Shown here: piece after piece, positions 48,471 through 53,895 of the stretch
How the letters are laid out: each line of letters opens with the position of its first letter
Numbering within the stretch: position 1 is the stretch's first letter
Made by a program: the position numbers and the translations under genes
Notes under the pieces: generated by a model
Database searches by the model: none
What the model saw: only the letters and a program-made list of their open reading frames with translations
What the model was told of the DNA's origin: nothing
Source: a virus
Length of the DNA stretch: 64,000 bases
IMG/VR virus record: IMGVR_UViG_3300003321_000691
Coordinates: 43,905-107,904 of that record
Direction: 5' to 3' (one strand)

Positions 48471-48989
48471 ATGAAGCTCCGCGACCTCCCTGTCGGTGCT
48501 CTGTTCCGTTTCGTTCCCGGACCATCACCGACACATCCGAGCATCCAACTGACGCTGACTCTGATGATCGTCCCGCCGCAAACCGATGACTGGAACGATC
48601 GCTACGCGTACGAAGCCGCCCACAAGATCCCAGGGACACTAGGCTACGCCTGGTCCGCCCGCCGCGACGGCGTATTCGGGGCGTGCGAGGTCAAGGACGT
48701 GGATCTCATGTACGCCGATACAAACGATCCCCTGTACTCCAGCTGCGCTTGGGAGGTAGCCCGACTCGTCGGTGAACGCTCGCGCGAACCGAAGATGGTG
48801 TCGTACCCGAAAGACCCCACACCGATTCTAGGCATCATCGCGGTCGGACGCGAAGCGCACTGCACCACACCGGACTGCGTCAAGCTCGGCACGACCGTCG
48901 AGCTGGGCGCCTCAGGCCTGTGCTACTGCTGTGGCAAGCCACTCAAGCGTGGTGAGGGCCCACCACGGGTGACGATCAGCATTGGATGA
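48471..48989 (+). CDS. hypothetical protein
   Basis: 172-aa coupled ORF. Confidence 0.5.
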   Translation: MKLRDLPVGALFRFVPGPSPTHPSIQLTLTLMIVPPQTDDWNDRYAYEAAHKIPGTLGYAWSARRDGVFGACEVKDVDLMYADTNDPLYSSCAWEVARLVGERSREPKMVSYPKDPTPILGIIAVGREAHCTTPDCVKLGTTVELGASGLCYCCGKPLKRGEGPPRVTISIG

Positions 48990-49228
48990 GCTAGCTGCAC
49001 TCGCATCCTGCCGCCTCCACCTGTGGTGGCTGACACGCCCACTCGCGCGGCCGGGTGTGCGTGTGTTCAGAGACGGCCTCCGCGCATTCCTGGCCGCGGA
49101 CGTCCGCCGGCAGCTTCGTCACGTGGGTATCTGGGGCGAAGGTGATCGCGTCGACGTGCGCGTCACCGCCGACGGGCACGCGATCATCCACTGGCGTCAC
49201 GGCTCCGAGGAGCTGGGCGTCTCGCTGG

Positions 49229-49317
49229 TGGTGGAGGGGCTGGGAATCGAACCCGACCGCTCTCGCGGCACATCGGTTTAGCAAACCGCGCTAGGCACCC
49301 GCACAGGCTGCCCCTCC
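49229..49317 (-). tRNA. tRNA-Ser(GCT)
   Basis: loop TTGCTAA, long variable arm, TTCGA, CCA. Confidence 0.8.
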
Positions 49318-49341
49318 ATAGTTGACGATGATGACGACAGG

Positions 49342-49426
49342 TGGCGGAAGAGTTAGGAATCGAACCCGACCGTGAGGCAGACGCGGTTTTCGAGACCGCC
49401 GGGAGCCCATGCTCCCCTACTCTTCC
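49342..49426 (-). tRNA. tRNA-Ser(CGA)
   Basis: loop CTCGAAA, long variable arm, G73, CCA. Confidence 0.85.
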
Positions 49427-49433
49427 AAAATCG

Positions 49434-49505
49434 TAGCCGCGACGGGTGTCGAACCCGCCCCATTCGCTTGAAAGGCGAACCGCCGCACCGGCAGCGTCCG
49501 CGGCT
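49434..49505 (-). tRNA. tRNA-Glu(TTC)
   Basis: TTCGC-CTTTCAA-GCGAA; T loop TTCGACA. Confidence 0.75.
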
Positions 49506-49506
49506 A

Positions 49507-49577
49507 TGGTGGCTCCGGCGAGACTCGAACTCGCTCTCCGACGTTCGGAGCGTCGGGTCGGATCCATCCGCAGAGTC
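49507..49577 (-). tRNA. tRNA-Arg(CCG), shortened D arm
   Basis: CGACG-CTCCGAA-CGTCG; CCA. Confidence 0.7.
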
Positions 49578-49578
49578 G

Positions 49579-49651
49579 TGACCCCGGCAGGACTCGAACC
49601 TGCTCACGCCGGTTTAGGGGACCGGTACGGCTCCTGTGCCGCCTCGGGGAC
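49579..49651 (-). tRNA. tRNA-Arg(CCT)
   Basis: CCGGT-CCCCTAA-ACCGG. Confidence 0.75.
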
Positions 49652-49652
49652 A

Positions 49653-49726
49653 TGGAGTGCACCGAGGGACTCGAACCCTACCCCACATCCGGTTGCAGCG
49701 GATGGCCAGGCCTCCTGGTAGTGCAC
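49653..49726 (-). tRNA. tRNA-Cys(GCA)
   Basis: ATCCG-CTGCAAC-CGGAT; U73, CCA. Confidence 0.8.
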
Positions 49727-49727
49727 A

Positions 49728-49801
49728 TGGTTCAGGCCGAGGGACTCGAACCCTCACAGCGCGGGTCAAAGCCGCGCGTCCTACCGTTAGACGAAGCCTG
49801 A
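49728..49801 (-). tRNA. tRNA-Gln(TTG)
   Basis: loop CTTTGAC; U1-A72; CCA. Confidence 0.9.
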
Positions 49802-49805
49802 TCGT

Positions 49806-49880
49806 TGGAGCCCAAGCCGGGAATCGAACCCGGACCTCATCCTTACCAAGGACGCATGCGACCATCGCGACTGCAAGGGC
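49806..49880 (-). tRNA. tRNA-Thr(GGT)
   Basis: loop TTGGTAA; CCA. Confidence 0.8.
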
Positions 49881-49882
49881 AC

Positions 49883-49956
49883 TGGTGGATCCGGAGGGAG
49901 TCGAACCCTCATCGCTCGGTTGCGGGCCGAGCATACGCCCGTTGTAATACGGACCC
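49883..49956 (-). tRNA. tRNA-Ala(CGC)
   Basis: loop CCCGCAA; G3:U70; CCA. Confidence 0.85.
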
Positions 49957-49957
49957 A

Positions 49958-50031
49958 TGGTGGAGCCGGCGGGAGTCGAACCCGCATCTACGCGCTGCCA
50001 GCGCGCCGTCGTCCCGCTGGACCACGGCCCC
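49958..50031 (-). tRNA. tRNA-Ala(GGC)
   Basis: loop CTGGCAG; G3:U70; CCA. Confidence 0.85.
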
Positions 50032-50135
50032 ATTGTTCCCCGCTTCCGACCAAACCGGCGCCCGCGACCTCGTCATTGGAGAGTTTCAAGCTCTCCGACA
50101 TGTCGCCATGACCCCGGCAGGGCCCAGGGTGGGCG

Positions 50136-50210
50136 TGGCGGTCCCGACCGGAATCGAACCGGCCTATGACGGTAGACAGCCGCCCATCCTCACCAGAGGA
50201 TTACGAGACC
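50136..50210 (-). tRNA. tRNA-Asp(GTC)
   Basis: loop CTGTCTA; G73; CCA. Confidence 0.85.
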
Positions 50211-50285
50211 AATTGGCTTCGGCCGAGTGCCGACGTCTTACCGCCAACACCACGCTTGCGTCCCATTCCTGGGAACCGAATTCGT

Positions 50286-50831
50286 TTATGCTTCTAGCTC
50301 GCCCGTCCAGTAGAGGAAGTCCCGCCACTGGTCCGGTGTGCTTGTCTTGGAGAGCTGAAGGACTACCGCCGGCAAATCCACCGGCTGCCTCGGCTGCTTG
50401 AGCAGCTTCATGCCCGCCTGGGCCGGCGTCCGTCCCGCCTTCCGCGCGTTGCACGGCGAACAGGCCGTCACGATGTTGTCCCAGGTCGTCCGACCGCCCT
50501 GCGAGCGCGGCACAACGTGGTCGTAGGTCAGCTCGCTCATCGTGTGCTTCTTGCCGCAGTACTGGCACGTGTAGTTGTCGCGCCCGTAGATGTTCACGCG
50601 CGAGAACTTCACCGGCTTCTTGTGCCGACGGAAACGGCGGAGGAGACGAACCACCGCCGGAATCTTGATCACGAGAACCGAGCTGCGGGCGAAGCCATCG
50701 TACTCGGAGACGATCTCGACTTTGCCTTGGAACCACAGCGCGACCGCGCGGGTCCAGTGCACTACCTTCAGAGGCTCGTAACCCTGGTCCAGGACCAGCG
50801 TCTGCTCGTTCGTGGCGTACGTGGCTGTCAT
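50286..50831 (-). CDS. HNH endonuclease inside the tRNA array
   Basis: TLVLDQGYEPL, RDNYTCQYCG, TYDHVVPRSQGG, NIVTACSPCNARK; AGGAG RBS before ATG 50831. Confidence 0.9.
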   Translation of the reverse strand: MTATYATNEQTLVLDQGYEPLKVVHWTRAVALWFQGKVEIVSEYDGFARSSVLVIKIPAVVRLLRRFRRHKKPVKFSRVNIYGRDNYTCQYCGKKHTMSELTYDHVVPRSQGGRTTWDNIVTACSPCNARKAGRTPAQAGMKLLKQPRQPVDLPAVVLQLSKTSTPDQWRDFLYWTGELEA

Positions 50832-50861
50832 GACGGTTTGCTCCTGTTCTCGTATTGTAGC

Positions 50862-50936
50862 GGGGTAGTGGACGGGGATCGAACCCGCCTGGACCGGTTC
50901 ACAGCCGGACGTCCTCACCAGAAGACGACCACCACC
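50862..50936 (-). tRNA. tRNA-His(GTG)
   Basis: loop CTGTGAA; G-1:C73 extra pair. Confidence 0.85.
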
Positions 50937-50937
50937 A

Positions 50938-51022
50938 TGGTTGCGGGAGCCAGGACTCGAACCTAGCGCTGGTCTAGCCGTTGGGGTATGAGCCCAACCC
51001 GCCGCCGTGGCGTGTTCCCGCA
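50938..51022 (-). tRNA. tRNA-Met(CAT), initiator-like, extended variable region
   Basis: TTGGG-CTCATAC-CCCAA (three G-C pairs); CCA. Confidence 0.7.
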
Positions 51023-51025
51023 TAG

Positions 51026-51096
51026 TCCCCCGCGCTGGACTTGAACCAGCAGCCAACCGCTTATCGAGCGGACGCTCTGCATTGAGCTAGCGAGGG
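51026..51096 (-). tRNA. tRNA-Ile(GAT)
   Basis: loop TCGATAA; D arm TAGCTCAA..GAGC. Confidence 0.8.
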
Positions 51097-51102
51097 AAGT
51101 CG

Positions 51103-51175
51103 TACGGAGCGTGGGAATCGAACCCACCGCAAGCAGTTTGTAGGACTGCGATCACCCCCAGGTGGTCTGCTCCGC
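51103..51175 (-). tRNA. tRNA-Val(TAC)
   Basis: GCAGT-CCTACAA-ACTGC. Confidence 0.8.
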
Positions 51176-51176
51176 A

Positions 51177-51250
51177 TGGTCGAGCTGGCTGGAATCGAAC
51201 CAGCACTGGATGCGTCCGGGGCACCCCGACTGCCAATGTCTTTCAGCTCG
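51177..51250 (-). tRNA. tRNA-Pro(CGG)
   Basis: loop CCCGGAC; C1-G72, A73; CCA. Confidence 0.75.
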
Positions 51251-51251
51251 G

Positions 51252-51324
51252 TAGCGAGCGCCGGAATCGAACCGGCCACGGGCGGCTTATGGAACCGCTC
51301 TCACCTCCGGGTGAGCTGCTCGCC
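51252..51324 (-). tRNA. tRNA-Met/Ile2(CAT)
   Basis: GCGGT-TCCATAA-GCCGC. Confidence 0.75.
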
Positions 51325-51325
51325 G

Positions 51326-51399
51326 TGGCACGCCGCCTAGGATTTGAACCCAGCCGCTTCTGTTTTGGAGGCAGAGCCGTGCACCAGCACGCGCGACGT
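51326..51399 (-). tRNA. tRNA-Trp(CCA)
   Basis: loop CTCCAAA; G73; CCA. Confidence 0.8.
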
Positions 51400-51400
51400 A

Positions 51401-51475
51401 TGGTAGTTCCGAGAGGAGTCGAGCCTCAGCCGTCAGCGTTCGTAGCGCTGCGTCCCCAATCCCGGGAGCGGAACC
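51401..51475 (-). tRNA. tRNA-Arg(ACG)
   Basis: CAGCG-CTACGAA-CGCTG; T loop variant CTCGACT; CCA. Confidence 0.75.
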
Positions 51476-51482
51476 GTAACTG

Positions 51483-51557
51483 TGGTGACCCATGCGGGGA
51501 TCGAACCCGCCTTTGCGACTTGAGAGGCCGCCGTCCACACTAGCTGACTCATGGGCC
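51483..51557 (-). tRNA. tRNA-Glu(CTC)
   Basis: loop CTCTCAA; CCA. Confidence 0.8.
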
Positions 51558-51558
51558 G

Positions 51559-51635
51559 TGGCGCACCGTACTGGAATCGAACCAGTCTCATCCGACTTAA
51601 CAGGTCGTCGCAATCGCCAGACATGCCACCGGTGC
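51559..51635 (-). tRNA. tRNA-Asn(GTT)
   Basis: loop CTGTTAA; G73; CCA. Confidence 0.8.
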
Positions 51636-51640
51636 ATTCG

Positions 51641-51713
51641 AGCCTCGCGTCGGAGTCGAACCGACCACTGCCGCATTACAAGTGCGGTGCGTTCCCGCGG
51701 ACGCCTGCAAGGC
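51641..51713 (-). tRNA. tRNA-Thr(TGT)
   Basis: CCGCA-CTTGTAA-TGCGG. Confidence 0.8.
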
Positions 51714-51715
51714 AC

Positions 51716-51789
51716 TGGAGCCCACACCCGGAGTCGAACCGGGACCGGCGGTTTACGGGACCGCTGCACGACCATCGTGCTGTGAGGGC
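51716..51789 (-). tRNA. tRNA-Thr(CGT)
   Basis: loop CCCGTAA; CCA. Confidence 0.8.
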
Positions 51790-51793
51790 AAAA

Positions 51794-51902
51794 GACGAGC
51801 GAAGATGGAAGCGAGCGTGTTTGCCGGGTACCGACCCAAAGCCCCGAGTTGAACGGGGCAGGCCCTTTTATCAGAAGAGAACACTCGCTAAGGCGGCTCG
51901 TC
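51794..51902 (-). ncRNA. candidate Y RNA (YrlA-like, with tRNA-mimic domain)
   Basis: terminal GACGAGC[C]G / C-GCTCGTC bulged helix; AGCGAGTGT/ACGCTCGCT stem; T arm GCCCCG-TTCAACT-CGGGGC; Ro60 gene 2 kb away. Confidence 0.65.
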
Positions 51903-51907
51903 AAATC

Positions 51908-51983
51908 TGGAGCGGACGACCCGAATCGAACGGGCCTGAGACGGTTTGGAAGACCGGTGGTTCACCTTGATACCTACGTCCGC
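51908..51983 (-). tRNA. tRNA-Gly(TCC)
   Basis: loop CTTCCAA; U73; CCA. Confidence 0.85.
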
Positions 51984-52069
51984 GTGGCGGCTTCTGGGAT
52001 GCCACGCTCCCACGTTCTCGACGCTCGCGCATCGAGACCGCATCCGGGTAGTCCCCGGCATTTCTACCG

Positions 52070-52138
52070 AGCGGGCGACGGGAATCGAACCCGCCAGAGC
52101 AAACTTGGCAAGCTTGCCTCGCACCTTGCGGCACCCGC
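52070..52138 (-). tRNA. tRNA-Gly(GCC), shortened D arm
   Basis: loop TTGCCAA; GCGGG acceptor; U73. Confidence 0.75.
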
Positions 52139-52231
52139 AATTCCCCCGAGTCAACTCAGCGCGCCGTCTCGTGCACGAGATTGGGCGGGCCTCATCGTCG
52201 ATGTCCGAGGCCGCTCGGGGACGGCCTGTCG

Positions 52232-52306
52232 TGGTCGGGGTGACAGGAATCGAACCTGCCTGATCAGCGTCCCAAACGCCGCGCCTGCCCAGTAGGCTAC
52301 ACCCCG
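52232..52306 (-). tRNA. tRNA-Pro(TGG)
   Basis: loop TTTGGGA; CGGGGTG acceptor; CCA. Confidence 0.9.
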
Positions 52307-52313
52307 ATGTTCG

Positions 52314-52387
52314 TGGATCCCCAGGGAGTCGAACCCTGAACCGCCGGAGTAAAAGTCCGGTACTCATCCATTTGAGCTTGGGAATCC
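52314..52387 (-). tRNA. tRNA-Lys(TTT)
   Basis: CCGGA-CTTTTAC-TCCGG. Confidence 0.8.
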
Positions 52388-52388
52388 G

Positions 52389-52463
52389 TGGTGGGTCACC
52401 AGGGACTTGAACCCTGACATCTCCGCTTAAGAGGCGGGTAGGCTGCATTGACCTCAGTGACCC
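52389..52463 (-). tRNA. tRNA-Lys(CTT)
   Basis: loop CTCTTAA; CCA. Confidence 0.8.
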
Positions 52464-52548
52464 AAAAGAAGCGGCACGTTTACTTGGATTCGTCTCTGAC
52501 CCTCTCACGAGGGCCGACAGGCTTCGCTCCTGCTCTTGCCGCAGTTAG

Positions 52549-52621
52549 TGCCCCCCGCTGGAGTCGAACCAGCACCTCCTGGGCTTCAACCAGGCGCGCA
52601 GACCAGCTACGCCAGAGAGAC
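52549..52621 (-). tRNA. tRNA-Phe(GAA)
   Basis: CCTGG-TTGAAGC-CCAGG. Confidence 0.8.
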
Positions 52622-52623
52622 AA

Positions 52624-52698
52624 TGGATCGGGACCAAGGATTTGAACCTTGACTGAATGGGTCAGAGCCACGCGTGCTGCCAGTTACACCAGTCCCGA
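52624..52698 (-). tRNA. tRNA-Gln(CTG)
   Basis: loop CTCTGAC; U1-A72; CCA. Confidence 0.85.
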
Positions 52699-52742
52699 AA
52701 GATACGGGCCCACAAGCGACCCGTGTCGTCATCATCGTTCAG

Positions 52743-52755
52743 CTATTCAGTTTTC
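52743..52755 (-). promoter_or_regulatory. boxA-like antitermination element
   Basis: GAAAACTGAATAG just 3' of the first tRNA; resembles the rrn boxA region of many bacteria. Confidence 0.45.
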
Positions 52756-52757
52756 AC

Positions 52758-52828
52758 TGGTGGGAGCGGAGGGACTTGAACCCCCGGGCAGGTGTTTTAC
52801 AGACACGGCCTCACCCTGGATCACTCCC
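52758..52828 (-). tRNA. tRNA-Tyr(GTA), short variable arm
   Basis: GTGT-CTGTAAA-ACAC; A73; CCA. Confidence 0.75.
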
Positions 52829-52832
52829 AGAC

Positions 52833-52867
52833 GCAGAAAGGGCGACCTCGGTTCCCCGGGTCGCCCT
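52833..52867 (-). terminator. attenuator-type terminator in front of the tRNA array
   Basis: AGGGCGACCCGG-GGAA-CCGAGGTCGCCCT followed by TTCTG. Confidence 0.6.
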
Positions 52868-52897
52868 CGACTGGTACTGGTATCTCTACCGGTTGAC

Positions 52898-53017
52898 TTA
52901 GTCGAGGGCCTCCACAGGGACTGCCGGGTTCCACTGGCTATCGCCACCCACGGCGCACGAGTAGCCCGCGCGCTCGTGGCGCGTGAACTTCGCGGTCATT
53001 TGGATAGAGATACCCAT
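52898..53017 (-). CDS. putative leaderless leader peptide (39 aa) of the tRNA operon
   Basis: ATG 7 nt after the -10 box; MGISIQMTAKFTRHERAGYSCAVGGDSQWNPAVPVEALD; stop abuts the antiterminator arm. Confidence 0.5.
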   Translation of the reverse strand: MGISIQMTAKFTRHERAGYSCAVGGDSQWNPAVPVEALD

Positions 53018-53024
53018 GTCACTC

Positions 53025-53053
53025 ACGATAGCCACTACACGCCTCGACGTCAA
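53025..53053 (-). promoter_or_regulatory. sigma70-like promoter of the tRNA operon
   Basis: TTGACG-N17-TATCGT. Confidence 0.65.
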
Positions 53054-53062
53054 GTTATTCCG

Positions 53063-53680
53063 CTATCGCCGACGCTGGAGCGTCGCGTCCCGCGCCGTCG
53101 ACGGCATGAGGAACCACCGAGCCCGTCCGGGCGTGCCGAGGTCAACCACCGGTTTGACCTTCCGAATCTCGACGAGATGGCCCTGGATGAGACCCTCACG
53201 TGCGCCAGTCGCTGCAACCAGGTCGCGGAACTCCATCGGCGCGAACGAGATGAGGCGCTCCACCAGCGACCGCAACTCCGGCGGCGCGGCCTCGTTGCCG
53301 ACCCGCCACGACCAGCGAGCGCGTTCGGGCGTGCCGAGGTTGTGGAGCTTGGGGCGCTGCGCCTTCAAGACCGCCTGCACTTCCTCACGTGAACGCCCCG
53401 TCACCTTCGCCAGCTCGTCGGTCGACAGGATGTGGGCTCGGAGTTGTGCTTCGATCTCCTCGGTGAGAGTCCGCGGCTTGGGCTGCAAGACCTCCTCGGC
53501 CACCCGCGGCGGGAAGTCGCGCGTGCCTTTGGCGCGGACCTGCTTACGCAGCTGCTCCAGCTCCTCCTCCTGCTTCGTCACTTGAGCCCGCAGCTCGGCG
53601 AATTGGGTCGCCAGATCCTTGGGGGCGGTGACCTCGAACGCGTATTCTTCTCCGGTCCTGTTCTCGTTGGCGCTGTCCAT
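53063..53680 (-). CDS. hypothetical protein, coiled coil plus two winged-HTH-like repeats
   Basis: AGGAGG RBS; internal repeat NLGTPERARW / DLGTPGRARW; divergent from Ro60. Confidence 0.65.
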   Translation of the reverse strand: MDSANENRTGEEYAFEVTAPKDLATQFAELRAQVTKQEEELEQLRKQVRAKGTRDFPPRVAEEVLQPKPRTLTEEIEAQLRAHILSTDELAKVTGRSREEVQAVLKAQRPKLHNLGTPERARWSWRVGNEAAPPELRSLVERLISFAPMEFRDLVAATGAREGLIQGHLVEIRKVKPVVDLGTPGRARWFLMPSTARDATLQRRR

Positions 53681-53895
53681 GTTGTATCCTCCTGCTCGCG
53701 TACTACTGCCAGGCTTATGCCGTGGCAATAGGGCGTACTCGCAGGGGTTTACGAGCATCGGATTGTAGAGATCGCGCACGCTGTGCGCTCACGCCAACGC
53801 ACTCATGCGCCGCTCACATGTTCAGTCTCGGAATAGACGTAGACGGTCAGGCGTAGTCCTCCCAACAACTCGCCCAAAAGAGGAGGGCCGCAGAC

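Noticed and set aside
50286-50831. HNH as IscB/Cas9-like RNA-guided nuclease
   Set aside because: 181 aa, no RuvC motifs or PLMP start; it looks like an ordinary stand-alone HNH of the type found in tRNA arrays.
52139-52547. Hammerhead or HDV-like (theta) ribozymes in tRNA spacers
   Set aside because: Could not fit CUGANGA/GAAA or a nested double pseudoknot by hand; kept only as unassigned structured RNAs.
49184-52947. Many 60-250 aa ORFs on both strands over the tRNA array, and the N-terminal extension of the HNH ORF to 51056
   Set aside because: They overlap well-formed tRNA genes; only 50286-50831 has an RBS and protein motifs.
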